64,000 nucleotides of DNA from Eledone cirrhosa (Eukaryota), in NCBI GenBank assembly GCA_964016885.1, contig OZ024741.1, positions 31,682,001 through 31,746,000 of the forward strand. Reading direction: 5' to 3'. The position numbers were made by a program, and so were the translations under genes. The notes below the pieces were generated by a model that was not told the DNA's origin, did no database searches, and saw only the letters and a program-made list of their open reading frames with translations. This document shows, piece after piece, positions 28,083-45,079 of the stretch. Numbering within the stretch: the stretch's first letter is position 1; every line of letters starts with the position of its first letter.

Positions 28083-28223
28083 GGTGGTGTTGTAAATTTC
28101 AAACCGTCAGGCAAGATGACAATAGTTCCATATGACTGATTTTCACAAAAAGCATTCCTGTGAGAATCAGTCATATGGAACTATTGTCATCTTGCCTGAC
28201 GGTTTGAACTTTACAACACCACC
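28083..28223. repeat. Fold-back palindrome (about 64-bp arms)
   Basis: GGTGGTGTTGTAAA...TCAC / GTGAG...TTTACAACACCACC. Confidence 0.9.
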
Positions 28224-28393
28224 TGCCTCTTTGAGGTCAAATACCAACCCTACTACCATCTACAAACTGACCAATGAGAATTAAGACTATTCCTGCTGAC
28301 AACATTAAATTATTCCTAACAAGCTCATATGTTCCAAGGCTCTGATACCATCAACACTATAAACAGAGAGCTGGTATATCTAAGAACTGACTA

Positions 28394-28452
28394 ACTGCCT
28401 GATGAGGTCATAGCCATTCAATGGTGGCTATCATTGAAATATATATAGCAGT
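28394..28452 (+). ncRNA. Minimal type I hammerhead, intact
   Basis: actgc-CTGATGA-ggtcatagcca..tggctatcatt-GAAA-tatata-TA|gcagt-AAATAAA. Homologous to 58263. Confidence 0.85.
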
Positions 28453-28574
28453 AAATAAACTTATATAAATAGACTTATATTTTGTCACTATTATAACTCC
28501 GGAACATATATCTTCGTTGAGTGCTCCCTATCCGCATACTGAAGTACTGGATTTTACAAACACTTACTTTCTTG

Positions 28575-28646
<72 letters not shown>

Positions 28647-28754
28647 CGGGGGGGGGTAGAAACACTGGAAGGTAATATCCGTAGTGGTAGAGAACTCATT
28701 CCTTGGGACGAGGCTGGTAGAAGTAGTAACAGGTGAACAAACTGTTGTGTTACT

Positions 28755-28823
<69 letters not shown>

Positions 28824-29024
28824 CCTCTCTCTGTATATATATACATAATTGTTTTGTTTATAATGAGATATAGAAATATAGAGTTGGAATGAGCACTTAA
28901 AACATAGGAGGGTAACAAAGTTTTCCCCACAAAAAAGGAAGAGGCGAATTGTTAGGTTAAAGTTCGAAGTTACATACACTTTCTTTACCTTGGAATATAT
29001 ATTGAGAGAGTTAATGGGATAATA

Positions 29025-29168
29025 TGTGTGTGGTTAAGTGTGTGTGTGGTTAAGTGTGTGTGGTTAAGTGTGTGTGTGGTTAAGTGTGTGTGGTTAAGTG
29101 TGTGTGGTTAAGTGTGTGTGTGGTTAAGTGTGTGTGTGGTTAAGTGTGTGTGTGGTTAAGTGTGTGTG
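29025..29168. repeat. (GGTTAA(GT)3-5)n minisatellite, about 9 units
   Basis: Direct reading of the sequence. Confidence 0.9.
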
Positions 29169-30824
29169 TCTGTTGGAATACTTCCTACAAAAGATGTTTC
29201 CTGGGCCAAACAAAAGACTTCTCTAATTCTGTAAAACTCAATAATGCCCACGGAACTCTAAGATAATATCAATGGAGATACCATTTCCTTTGCAGACAGG
29301 TGAAGGTCAACTAGCCATTTAATACACACACACACACATGCAGACATACAGACACACAAACACAGACACACACATACACACACAACCCCCCCCCCCACAC
29401 ACACAGACAGACACACATACACACACAGACCCCCCCACACACGCACAGACACACACACACACACACACATACAGACACATACACCCACAGACACACAGAC
29501 AGACACACATACACACACAGACACACACACATATACACACACATACACACACACATTCACACACACACAGACAGACACACACACAGACACACTCAGACAT
29601 GCACACACAGACACACACAGACACCCACACCCGCACATACCCACACCCGCACACACCCACACCCCACATACACACACACACAAATACATACACACACAGA
29701 CACAGACACACACAGACACACACACAGACACACACAGACACCCCCGCACACACACACATACACAGACAAACACACACACACAGACACACATACACACACA
29801 TACAGCCACCCCACACAATATATATATATACACACACACACTCACAAAGACACACAGACACAGACACAGACACAGACAAACACAGGCACATACACACACA
29901 AACACACAGACACACAAACACACATGTATATATATGCAACATAAACACTCACATACATAGACCTAGTCACAAACATACACCATACGCGAGCACTCTCAAC
30001 CACACACCCACACATCCACACATCCACACACAATACACATATATAGCCCCACACAATATATATACACACACACACTCACATACACATACACACACTCATA
30101 TATGCAACATAAACACCCACCTACATAGACCTAGACACAAACATTCACCATACGCCCACACATACACACAATATATATATATATTGTGAGTGTGTGTATG
30201 TGCAGAATTAGCCGTTGAAACGGCTTGAGCTCAGCCGTCGGGGTCCTACTCGTTCCTATATATATATATATATATATATGTATACGTATTTTTTCCATAT
30301 ATATATATATATATATATGGAAAAAATACGTAGACATATATTGTTTCTTGTAAACAAACATTCGTCTCATTCTGACGTCAATAGCCATGTATTTCCTCAT
30401 GTGCGTTATTCATAATCACGCATGATGTTGGACTGGCCAGCTTTAAAATTCCCTTTTTGGCATATTAATCTGTGAGAGTCCTGGTTATCGAGTTGAGCTC
30501 TGCTGATGATGAACTCCAACTGTGACCATCTCCACTGAAAGATTTCATGAAATAGTCTTTAAGACTATATAGAGCATTTGAAGTTTTTCCAAATTGAAGG
30601 ATAAGTATTTTAGACTTTATTTTATCATGAGTTAAGGCTCTACTGATTTTTCCCTGGATTTCACTAAATTCTGTGGATGAATTTATATCCTGATTCTCTT
30701 TGAGATGAGTTTGAATTATTTTTCCCACATCTTACGTTAACTATTTTTCCTATTTTGACACTATAGTCACTTATATATTATGAAATGCTGCTGGCTTTTC
30801 GCTGCAGTGTTTTCTATACCTTTC

Positions 30825-31830
<1,006 letters not shown>

Positions 31831-31838
31831 ACTTACAT

Positions 31839-31873
<35 letters not shown>

Positions 31874-31884
31874 CATTGTGTATG

Positions 31885-31969
<85 letters not shown>

Positions 31970-32051
31970 GCTTATTTATATAATTGCAAACAAATCGAAT
32001 GTTATTAATATTCGAAAAACTCAGATTACACCCACACACACCCACACACAG

Positions 32052-32103
<52 letters not shown>

Positions 32104-32888
32104 GTGTATGTGTGTGTGTAACATACACACACACATAATATATACATACATACATGCATACATACATACATACATACATACATACAAAACTCAAGAAGAT
32201 ACTCACAGGTAGCCCTATACACAAACATCCACTACACGCAATCTCATATAATTGTCCCAACGCCTACACACACATAAACAGACAGTCTTTCTCTCTCATA
32301 TACATTGACACGCGCATGCTCATATATGCCTACGTTTATACATAGAAACGAGATTAAATATTTTCCTAATGCTATATATGTACGACGCAGTACTGACTGG
32401 GTGAAGGGTGGCTTGATAGATATTTATTTTGGAAGTCAGAGATAGTTAGCGATAGATACGAATATAAATACACACAAACACACACACATATAAAATCTGA
32501 CATTTCTCAGCAAACCAGCCATACTCACAGAACACACTAATTTTTCTTCTCTTTACTCACTTCCTGACAATCCCTTTTTTTGGCGCAAATCTTCCTACGT
32601 CTAATCACTTGACATTAACAATCCATTTTTGTCGCAAATATTAATATGCCCAATCATTTTAATGCCACAAACAAATAAAATGGCAAATACAATTTTGAGC
32701 CACCTTATTTGGCACGAAATTTACTGTACCTAATCGCGTGACAGTCATCAACCAACCAAATAACATTTAAAAGAAATAGCAATCTGAGCCTCTTTTTTTC
32801 GTGTAAAACAAAAAGATATTTCGAACTCCAACTAGATGCGAGATAAACCAAAACAGAAACACAAACCCTCCATCTCAGATTTACTTTT

Positions 32889-33063
32889 GAAAAAGTGGCT
32901 TGGAAGGTATTAACATTTGGTTGGTTGTTGAATGTCACATGAATAAGCACTATAAATTTCGCACCAATTCGTGTTTCAAACGAATTGGCGCGAAATTTAT
33001 AGTGCTTATTCACGTGACATTCAACAACCAACCAAATTTTAATACCTTCCAAGCCACTTTTTT
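32889..33063. repeat. Near-perfect palindrome (about 83-bp arms) at the 5' side of a family Y-like copy
   Basis: AAAAAGTGGCTTGGAAGGTATT...CAATTCG / CGAATTGG...AATACCTTCCAAGCCACTTTTT. Confidence 0.9.
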
Positions 33064-33583
33064 TCACATAAAACAGGAAGAATTTCTAAAACTGATCAGA
33101 TTAGAGCAAAAATCACGAACACTCTATCTTAAAATTATTTTTGAAAGCATAAGAAATGCGCAACCAGTAAAAACTTAAAACTAAAACTGAATACTAACTA
33201 ATACTTATTACTAATTTATACTTATTCCTAATTAAACTATTTTTTACTGGGATAAATTTGTCACCATTTTCTTTTCCTTTTTACTAATATATCACAACTC
33301 GTGTGTCACACTTATATTTTTTAAAATATATTTATATATATGTATATAGTGGATAACAAGTTATCGTTATAGGTAATCCAGTTAGAGGTTGTGAGTGTTC
33401 TGCGTTGTGGATAGTTTTAACGTACGGCTTCGTTTAACTCAAGAAGATGTTTCCATAGTTATGCAACGAGTTCGCGGTAATTTCTATTCAGGTTGTACTT
33501 GGAGTAATAATAGTTAAAGAATGAAGAGTAACATGGCTGGCTGTACAATAAGGGGTTTATTTAAATAAAGCCCTTATTGTACA

Positions 33584-33626
<43 letters not shown>

Positions 33627-33912
33627 GGATTAACAAATAATAGTTAAATGCAGACCACTTAGGTGAAGTCCAGTTATGGTATTCCAGGTAGTGGATGTCA
33701 ACGCTTCATTTTGCCTTATGACAGCTAGTTTTCACGCCGTAACATTAGATACATTATATACCCCCCACCTAAGTAATGTCAGGGTCTCCTTAAATAATTT
33801 ATTGATAGCATTGTTGTAATTGTTGTTATTGTTCTAATTGAATGCCATTACTACTCCATATAGTAGCCTGTATTTTCTTTTCTTTTCCTGCCTGTGTACT
33901 TTCTTCATTCTC

Positions 33913-34028
33913 GCATGCTCCGAAGATCTGACTGGTTATAATTCTGTATTGGCGATCGAGTAACGCAAAATTAAGCGGATAGCGATCTCTAGACATACCA
34001 GTTCAGTGAAACAAATGTAAGCTATGTG
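33913..34028 (+). ncRNA. Hammerhead (CCGAAGA core) with about 80-nt stem II
   Basis: atgct-CCGAAGA-tctgactggt...accagttcagt-GAAA-caaatg-TA|agct. Confidence 0.68.
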
Positions 34029-34074
34029 ATTAAAAACTTTTTTGTATAGCAAACCATGTAAACCTTCTTTCCTG

Positions 34075-34132
<58 letters not shown>

Positions 34133-34154
34133 CTGTGTGTGTGTGTGTGTGTGT

Positions 34155-34191
<37 letters not shown>

Positions 34192-34194
<3 letters not shown>

Positions 34195-34370
34195 CGGAGT
34201 GGTTAGAGAATTGGATTCGTAATCGTAAGGTTGCGAGTTCGATTCCTGGACCAGGCGATGCGTTATGTCCTTGAGCAAGACACTTTATTTCACGTTGCTC
34301 CTTCTACCTGGAGTTGCGACCGATAGATAGTATTAGCAATTGGAAAGACCAACGGAAACATTGTTCCTTT
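34192..34370 (+). mobile_element. tRNA-derived SINE, second family
   Basis: TGGCGGAGTGGTTAG A-box, GAGTTCGATTCC B-box and TGTCCTTGAGCAAGACACTT box. An inverted copy lies at 59200-59377 and a related copy at 54205-54425. Confidence 0.82.
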
Positions 34371-34821
34371 TATATATATATATATATATAATATATTGAG
34401 AAAATATGGTTTGAAAAATGCAATGATCTTTTGGTTATTTAGAAGGTTTATTTATTCATGTGCCAAGTAAGTTGATGATTATTTATATATATATTTTTTT
34501 AACTTTTACCGGTTTCAGGTGTGTTTGCAGCCTTTTAAAAAGGATTTTCATGACAGTCTTTAGAAAAATGTCTTTTGTTTAGGTTTATCTCACGTAGTTG
34601 GTGGCTTGCGTTCTTGTTGAACAGTCTGTAAGCACAGTTGATACCGATAAAACTAAACAAAAATATATAAATAGTCAACAAATTACTTGGCACATGCATA
34701 AAGAAACCTTCTAAATAACCAAAATATGAGATATTTTATTAAAAAACTTGTTTCCTCTATAATAGGTGATATGTAAAGAAACCCCTAACGTTTTAATTTT
34801 TTCACTAAATACATATATATA

Positions 34822-34931
<110 letters not shown>

Positions 34932-35336
34932 ATGAATATACAATGAAAGTGCTTTTATAAAGGAATTTATTAGGTATTGACATATGTTTCTGTAACAGAC
35001 GGAATACCTATGTATCGCTGCTTGCGTAATCATATAATGTTAGCAAGTATTCGATAGCAAATGTATAATCAGTTGTCACTTCTACAGAGATATTGGATAA
35101 ATTGGAAAGAATCAGAAAAATTGAAGTATTTATATTAGTTGTAAGAAAGGAAGAAGAGAGGGGATAGTATATGACAGATGGCAATTCAATTTGCTGGTAA
35201 ACAAGTATATAGAAGGTTTTTAATTAGAATACAATGAGTATATGGCTTATTTTATCTAAATAAGAATTTTTTGGAGTGCCTATTTTAATCTATATTTGAC
35301 CTATTTTAATCTATATTTAATAAAATATTTTGGATT

Positions 35337-37533
35337 TCATAATACAAAATAATTCCATATACACAATTTACAAAATTCCTGTCCTTGGAAATATGAAGGG
35401 GCAGCCGCTATAATATCCCATTTTAGGTTAAATTGTTGGTTATTTTCGCGCAGCTGCCAAGCCTTGTCTGCGAGTGTTGTTACATAACGCTGGTTTTCAT
35501 GTTTTATCGAGTAATGATGTCTATAAAGGCGAGATTTGAAGGAGGTAGCTGTAGACCCCACATAGTACCACTTCTGGCTACCCTATTCGATAGTACATTT
35601 GTATATGATGTTGCGTTGAAGACACTGATTGTTCAACGGACACATTCCTGGTAGGACACAGTTACAGTTATAATTTTGCGTTGTTGTATTACCATGGATG
35701 GATTGATGAGGTTGCTTAGGCAGGACTGGATGTTGTTTGTTGTTTTGTGATGTTATAGCCGATGTTTTACGTGTATTGTTATGTGTTGGAAGGCGTTTAT
35801 ACAACCGTTTTGCGTTAAGCTTTTTTATATGTTGTTCAATATTAGGGGCGGTTGAATATGAAAGTCGAATAGTGCTACGGTTTAAGATTTTATTATATGT
35901 ATGTGATGTTGGAAAATGTTTTTTAACTAATCGAATGAATTGTGAGGGTAGATTGGTTTTAATAGAGTTGTTATAGACCGGATTGTACCATATATACTCT
36001 TTACATCGCCTTCTGTTTGGTGGTGTGCGACTATTAGTTTGTCTATTGCGGTAGTGTATGTATGGTGGTGATTCTATGCTATTTCTCCCTCTATGAGATT
36101 TATTTTGGGTGTTTTTTTGATCGTCGACTATATACTCTATATTAACTAGGTGTCCAGCCTTCCTAAGTGCATCATCATAATATTCGGCATGTTCTTTGAA
36201 GGTTTGCTGGTTGGACGACAGGCGGGAGATTCTAAGGGAAATATTTCTAGGGATGGATTTAATTATAGAGGGTGGATGGTTAGAACCCGTATTTACATAT
36301 TTAAGGTTCTCATTTAGTTTATGGAACGGTTTAATCGTTTCTGTATTGAGATTCAAAGTAACATCAAGGAAATTAACCTCTTTGAGGTTATATTCAAACG
36401 TAATATTTAATCCTAGTTCCTTAAAAAGCTTTCTAATATTTTTACGCATCCTTTCTAAATTCAGGTTATTCATATGCTTAACTAATAGGAGCGCATCGTC
36501 ACGGTAGAGTCCACCGTGGAGATCCTTGAATTTTCCTTGTAGTCTGTGGGTGATATGAATTCCCACATGATCAATTACTTCCGCCGAATCATTGGAACCC
36601 ATAGTTATATCAAAATTAGAAGGTCTATCTTTGCGAACCCAGTAGCTATCATCAAATTTAACAATAGTTTTCCTCGCTTCCATAATAATACTAATTTCAT
36701 CATCCGTAAGGTCGGAATTAGCCTTAGCGAACGAAAGAGCTTCATGCAGAGTATCAGGTGAGATTGAGGAGTAATACTCATCAATATCGAGCTGAATAAA
36801 TTTTGATTTCTTCTTATCAGTAATGCTATTAAACCATATTATTGCCTCATGGGTGTTACCCCATAGTTTAATATCTACTTTAGCCTTAACTTGGGGGATA
36901 ATTCTGTCTAGTATATATTTGCTAATTTTGCCTGTATCAGATTTAGAGGGGCATATAAGTCTAATTTTAGGGTCAGTATCGAGGTTGAAGGATGGTGTAG
37001 CTGGTGTTAAGGGTTGCGTTCTATCGTCAATACAAAGTTTTTTTAACAATTTCACATGCCGAGTTGTTGATGTTTTTAAGTGTAGCTTCATTAGTTTTAT
37101 TGTATTTTTTATGCAATTCCTTACGGATGAAGTTATTGTAAGTGTCCACATCCATGGTATATACGTTTGATGTTTTGTCTGCTCTAACAATAATTCCATT
37201 GGCGTTTTTTAGATTATTTAGCAGTGCCGTGATCTCATTCTGTAGTTTATTGTTTTTCTGTTTTGTAAATTTGATCTCCATGATCGTATCCATTAGGTCT
37301 TGTTCAAATGCATACAAAAGTGGGTTTGAGGGTGGGTTTTTGTAAGATTTAAATCCAAATTTATCCTTGTTAAGATCCGATGTTTCGTTTATACGGCTTT
37401 TGTCAAAATGGAATGTTTTCCATCTGATTCGTCGAATAAAATCATTGGTCCTTCGTATCATACCTAGAATATATTCCTTTTTTGCCTGAATAGGTATGTT
37501 TTTTAACGACATATCCAATTAGTGCCTTTCCAT
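35337..37533 (-). pseudogene. Near full-length Penelope-like ORF (N-terminal domain, RT, GIY-YIG), frameshifted
   Basis: SLKNIP, IRRIRWK, ADKTSNVY, FIQLDIDEYYSSI, GLYRDDAL, NFLDVTL, IWYNPVY, CNC..CPLNNQC, IIYKC, YYVGSTATSFKSRLYRH and FCKLC. Split across ORFs 37027, 35583 and 35337. Confidence 0.92.
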
Positions 37534-37780
37534 TTTAGAGACGTATGCTGAATTAGTTGCTCAACTGTATAGGAGATTATTAAAATTTCAAGTTATCAAT
37601 AATGTAGTGATAATATATCGTCTCGCTATATATATATATATATATATATTTCGTTTCTGAATTTGTTTAGCAAGATTCTTTATCTGAAATCGTGTGTTGA
37701 AACCGATATTGTTATACTTTGGGATATATATTGGGATATATATTGGGATATATATTGGCAACATGACCCTCCCAAAGTAT

Positions 37781-37851
<71 letters not shown>

Positions 37852-37857
37852 TATATC

Positions 37858-37896
<39 letters not shown>

Positions 37897-37904
37897 TATA
37901 TATA

Positions 37905-38678
37905 TATGATAATAAGGGCGCTGCGGAGTTGCAAATGGGTTACATATGGAAAAAATTTGTCCTTCATCAGTGATCTTCCAACCATCATAGGCATTTCATC
38001 GCTTTAAAGACCATATACCTCCGGTTGGTGCGAGCAACGGCTAAAAAAAGTCGTTGGGACACGTAAATAAAGGGGACGCGAGGGTAAACAAACAAAATGG
38101 TGAAGCAACAGTAAGTGAGGAAGAAAGAGACAAGTCCCAGATTTCTATGAATTTAAATTCGGTGAAATCGTGAACGAGAGAATAAAGACCATCAAACCTG
38201 GTTGAAATGTGAGCAAGGAAGGAATTTCGCACAGGTCTAACGGGAGGAAGAAGGGGTCTGGTCTGCGAATTCGGTAAACATAAGTTCTGTGAAATCGTAG
38301 ACGAGAGAGAGAAAAAATTCATACCAGCTTGGCCAGCGTGCGGGAGAAAAGAATTACACACAGGTCAAACGGGAAGAAAGAGGAGGAGGAGAGGTAGTGA
38401 CAGAGAATGAGTGAGTGAAGGGTGAGGAAGAGGCTAACAGAGAAAGAGACTGCTAGAAAGGGTAAAGATACATAGAACGAAACAGACGGGTAACAGCAGA
38501 GGAAAAAATATGTGTAAATATGATAATAAGGGCGCTGCGGAGTTGCAAATGGGTTACATATGAAAAAAGTTTGTCCTTCATCAGTGATCTTCCAACCATC
38601 ATAGGCATTTCGTCGCTTTAAAGACCATATACCTCCGGTTGGTGCGAGCAACGGCTAAAAAAAGTCGTTGGGACACGT
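37905..38678. mobile_element. Non-coding element with a terminal direct repeat (period 614 nt)
   Basis: 37905-38064 is repeated at about 38519-38678. The element is flanked by (TA)n. Confidence 0.75.
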
Positions 38679-38690
38679 ATATATATATAT

Positions 38691-39442
38691 ATACATTATG
38701 AAGAGAGAAGAAACATTTAGATATAATTAGTAATAAAATGTATCATACCTAAACTGCTCCTAAAATTCCTCGACTACGTAGTTTCGTGGCATAAACAAAA
38801 ACAATATATCAAAGATATAGAGTCCCTGCGAGGTCTGCCGACTTATCAAGAGGATACCTCATTTTACTAGTCTCAAGAACGCGTCTACACGACGTGAGAA
38901 AGAATCCCAAAAGGCGGAGGGGGAGATAGTCACGCGATATAACGGTCGAGAAACAGAGCTAAGCCTCTTATAACCACGAAGAAAATACCACGGAGGCGGA
39001 GGGGGTATTCATATCGAGGCCGTAGAAGAGGTAGTGAAGAAGGCGAGAAGTATGAGTAATGGAAGCTTTCCAGTTGTCCCCACACCTCAAAGATTGCTCG
39101 ACCAGAGGGAGTTATTAACAATATATTTAGAAACACACAGATACATGCGGACACACACATATATACATGAATGCATCCGCACCCAACTGTGAGTTAAGGG
39201 TGCCAACTTCACCGATGTTGCTCAATGAATGACTGGGACAGACCAATTCAGTTTGAACCAGACTGAACCAGTATCAGAGTTAAAAATACATTATGAAGAG
39301 AGAAGAAACATTTAGATATAATTAGTAATAAAATGTATAATACCTAAACTGCTCCTAAAATTCCTCGCTCACAGTTGGGTGCGGATGCATTCATGTATAT
39401 ATGTGTGTGTCCGCATGTATCTGTGTGTTTCTAAATATATTG

Positions 39443-39445
<3 letters not shown>
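38691..39445 (-). mobile_element. Retrozyme-like element (period 595 nt) with a U3-A8 HHR at 38767-38854
   Basis: tcctc-TTGATAA-gtcggca..tgccac-GAAA-ctacgtag-TC|gagga. Direct repeat 38691-38772 = 39286-39367. 39368-39445 is an inverted copy of about 39115-39194. Confidence 0.8.
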
Positions 39446-39523
<78 letters not shown>

Positions 39524-39605
39524 TATGTGTGTCTGTGTGTGTGTGTGTGTATATAGTGAACAAATTAAAGCGTTAGGGGTTTGTAGATATATGCATATAT
39601 ACATT

Positions 39606-39650
<45 letters not shown>

Positions 39651-39662
39651 TTAATAAAGATG

Positions 39663-39713
39663 AGATTCTACAGGACTAGAACTGTTTCATTCATTAGAAA
39701 TCATCAGGAATCT
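39663..39713 (-). ncRNA. Type I hammerhead, intact
   Basis: agattc-CTGATGA-tttc taat gaat-GAAA-cag ttctagtc ctg-TA|gaatct. Degenerate relatives at about 8900-8945 and 45390-45460. Confidence 0.8.
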
Positions 39714-39796
39714 GGGTATCAAAAAATAATATATATGTGTGTGTATATAGTGAAAAAATTAAAGCGTTAGGGGTTTGTAGATATATGTATATATAC

Positions 39797-41530
<1,734 letters not shown>

Positions 41531-41563
41531 ATATATATATATATATATATATATGTAGATATA

Positions 41564-41638
<75 letters not shown>

Positions 41639-42390
41639 GTATATGTAGAAATAAACACAGTAAATTGAGTGTCTAAAATTACGAGGGTAGAAGTACCCAT
41701 TGGTTTGATAAATATGTGTGTGTGTGTGTGAGTGTGTGTGAGTGTATGTGTGTGTCTGAAATCACAGTCCACAAACACGCAAATGTACAAGTATATCCAT
41801 ACAAAATACACACACTTCACACATTCATTCATTTGTGATTTTATACTGGATTACATCGATTACTTTGTAGGATTCCTCAAGCTTATATGTACTTGTTTTT
41901 CTTTGTAATTATATTTACATTATATGTGTTTATTGGAAAACAGATACAAGTGCTACCGTGAAGCTTTTCTGCCTTAATATTAATTTTATAATCATAGAAA
42001 ATTCTGTCTTATTTCTAACTGTCTCTTATCTTATACCGATATTGATCTCCAATATACAAAACAGAAGTTTTTTTTTATCAGGAATGTTTTTTTTTCTTGT
42101 TTTTGTTTTACTTTTGTTTTGCATTCTTACAAGTAAAAGCACTGGAGGAGACAGCATTTCATGTTCTGTGGTTTGGTTCTCTGATAAAATGATCAACGTT
42201 TGGGATAAGGCGCGGGTATGGAACTTTGATTTGACTATGAGAGAAACACGGAGTTGTCAATTCAATTCTAGCAACCTTAAATTTTCCTTAAACATTCCCT
42301 GAAACGTTGATGGTCATATAAAATTACAATATGACTGAAAACTGAAGAAACTTCAATTGAAATGGTGTATATGATCGAATGAGGGAAATA

Positions 42391-42581
42391 CGAGGTTTGG
42401 CTGAACGGTGATGGGCTGAAAAGTTCATAGACTGTCGAAGATACTTTCATAGAATCACCAAATGAGGTTTTGTTTTCAACATAGTATCTGGGAAAAAACA
42501 ATGCAGTTATTAATAAGAATATTCCACAGCTTTAGCATCACTCATTCTTAATCAGCCTATGAACATTTCAGCCCAGAGTCG
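42391..42581. mobile_element. Tc1/Mariner-type MITE
   Basis: TA|CGAGG..GGGCTGAAAAGTTCATAGACTG ... TCAGCCTATGAACATTTCAGCCC..TCG|TA: imperfect TIRs and a TA target-site duplication. Confidence 0.7.
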
Positions 42582-42589
42582 TATGTGTA

Positions 42590-43200
42590 TAAGTATATTT
42601 CATTTTAATCAAAGGGTTTCCCCGGAGTATAAACACCCGCTGAAACCCCCCGCTAAAAGTTTTTTCCGTTCAATTTATATGAAATTTAAACCATAGGTAA
42701 ATGACAAGATATGATGCCTATTCACAAAATTTCAGCAAATTTCAATAATATGAAGACACCCTAATAGGGGTTAAACCCCCATTAGTAATAATTTTGGCCA
42801 ATAAATGGAACAAGATGTGTTTTAACAAGAATATATATACAGTTGTAGTTCATTTCTGTTTGTTTGTTTACGAACACCTATGATTTTCAATATATAACCA
42901 TATATATTCTGAAACTACATTCCGTAGGGTACTTGGATATGTATATTTCATCTTAATCAAAGGATGTCCCGAGGCACAAAACCCCGCTGAAAATCTTTTC
43001 CCTTCGATGTATATGAAATTTAAACCATAGGTAAATGACAAGATATGATGCCTATTCACAAAATCCCAGCAAATTGCAATAGTATTAAGCCACCCTAATG
43101 GAATTTTTCTCCATAAATTAAATCACTGATTTAGAATCAATCATCATTTTCTCGCAAAATAAATGTCTGAAACGCAGCAAGTCACAGGTAATTCGGCTAG
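42590..43200 (+). mobile_element. Non-autonomous Helitron (3' part, internally duplicated)
   Basis: 42594-42790 is duplicated at 42941-43100. It contains TCTGTTTGTTTGTTT and ends GAAACGCAGCAAGTCACAGGTAATTCGG-CTAG|T. The same 3' end occurs at 18155-18186. Confidence 0.65.
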
Positions 43201-43271
43201 TATATATGTATATATATATATATATATACACACAGGTATTTTTTATCAATGTTTATCATATATATATGTAT

Positions 43272-43403
<132 letters not shown>

Positions 43404-43890
43404 GATAGATAGATAGATAGATAGATATACTGTAAATAAAAAACACCATTCTTCCTATACATACTGCTGCAGTAGGCAATGATTTGAAACACATCAAAAG
43501 TAAGATCATTAATAAAATATTCTAACTACTTTGTAATATTCTGGAAGAAATGAAAGGATATTTTTTTTAAAGATTGTTTAAGAGGAATTCATTAACAACG
43601 AGGCATATTCTCACTTGTCTCTCTTACATACACACATTCACACATATATACAGATAGATACAAACACATACGCACATATATACAGACACCCATATACACT
43701 CAAATTTACAAAGGTATACAAGCATATGTGTTAGTATTTATCATACAAACACATATGCATGAATACCTTTGTAAACGTGAGAGTAGGTGCGTGTCTGTGT
43801 ATATATGTGTGTATATAAATATACACATATGTACATGTTTGTAATTAGGAATTGGATACATTTGTGTTGGTCATTATTACTTACATTACA

Positions 43891-44080
43891 TGGCGGAGGA
43901 TTGGCAGTATCGGTAGAGGGTAGGACGCCATGCTTTCCAGCATAGTTACGTCCCTTTACGATCTGAGTTCAAATCCCGCCGAGGTTGACTTTGCCTTTCA
44001 TCCTTACGGGGTCTATAAAATAAAGTACCAGTGATGCACTGGGTAATTGCTGGCCGTGTGCCTAAAGTAGAAACAATTAT
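43891..44080 (+). mobile_element. tRNA-derived SINE (full-length copy)
   Basis: A-box, B-box and central domain as at 24469. Confidence 0.85.
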
Positions 44081-44193
44081 TACTTACATTACACACACAA
44101 ACTCATATAAACATACACATACACACAATCATACACACACATATATATATATGAACATTCATATATGTGAGTTCGTAAATGTGAATCTGTGTA

Positions 44194-44265
<72 letters not shown>

Positions 44266-44273
<8 letters not shown>

Positions 44274-45079
44274 GTTGAGAAGGTAACACACCAGAGAGAG
44301 ATATATAGTGTGTTATCAATAATACAGGGAAAAAACCACCAGTGTATGGAATCTATAACCTATGAAAGGCAGACTATAGACACGATAATTAAAAATATAA
44401 ATTAAAGCGTAAATAAATACCTTTATAACTATATAACACACGTACAAATCCAAAGATATGTTTCACCAAAAAATTTGTTGAAAGAAATGGTCTAGTCTCG
44501 GTTCATCAGCGTGTGTAAGGCCATACATTTCAGACAACACTAAGAGAATTTTACAATTGACTGTCCAGCTACACGTGGGAGAGAGAAGTCACAGCGTGTT
44601 TAAGGGCAGTGAACCAGTGGCCTCTGAGAGACGAACTGCTAGAAAGGGCAGCCCAAAGCCACTCAGAGAAGTGTGCTCAACCAAACAGAGGTAGGAAAGA
44701 CTGTTATTAGGAGCGAAATATCACGATAAATTAACGGAGGCATAGGCCGTCGTTATTCCCTGTAAATAATGTGCTGAAAGGGGAAGAGATCCTGAGCCCT
44801 TTAAAATATAATATGTTGAGAAGGTAACACACCAGAGAGAGATATATAGTGTGTTATCAATAATACAGGGAAAAAACCACCAGTGTATGGAATCTATAAC
44901 CTAGGTTATAGATTCCGTACACTGGTGGTTTTTTCCCTGTATTATTGATAACACACTATATATCTCTCTCTGGTGTGTTACCTTCTCAACATATTATATT
45001 TTAAAGGGCTCAGGATCTCTTCCCCTTTCAGCACATTATTTACAGGGAATAACGACGGCCTATGCCTCCGTTAATTTAT

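Noticed and set aside
29025-29168. Interstitial telomeric repeat
   Set aside because: The unit is GGTTAA(GT)n, not TTAGGG or TTAGG.
30465-30728. 87-aa non-repetitive ORF as a host exon
   Set aside because: No recognisable domain or convincing splice context. It would need BLAST or RNA-seq support.
34192-34250. tRNA gene
   Set aside because: It has A and B boxes but no full cloverleaf and runs into a SINE body that recurs elsewhere.
34495-34545. GAAA-ccgg-TA motif on the minus strand downstream of the long PLE
   Set aside because: The first core half is too degraded (TTAAAAG). It is possibly a dead HHR and was not called.
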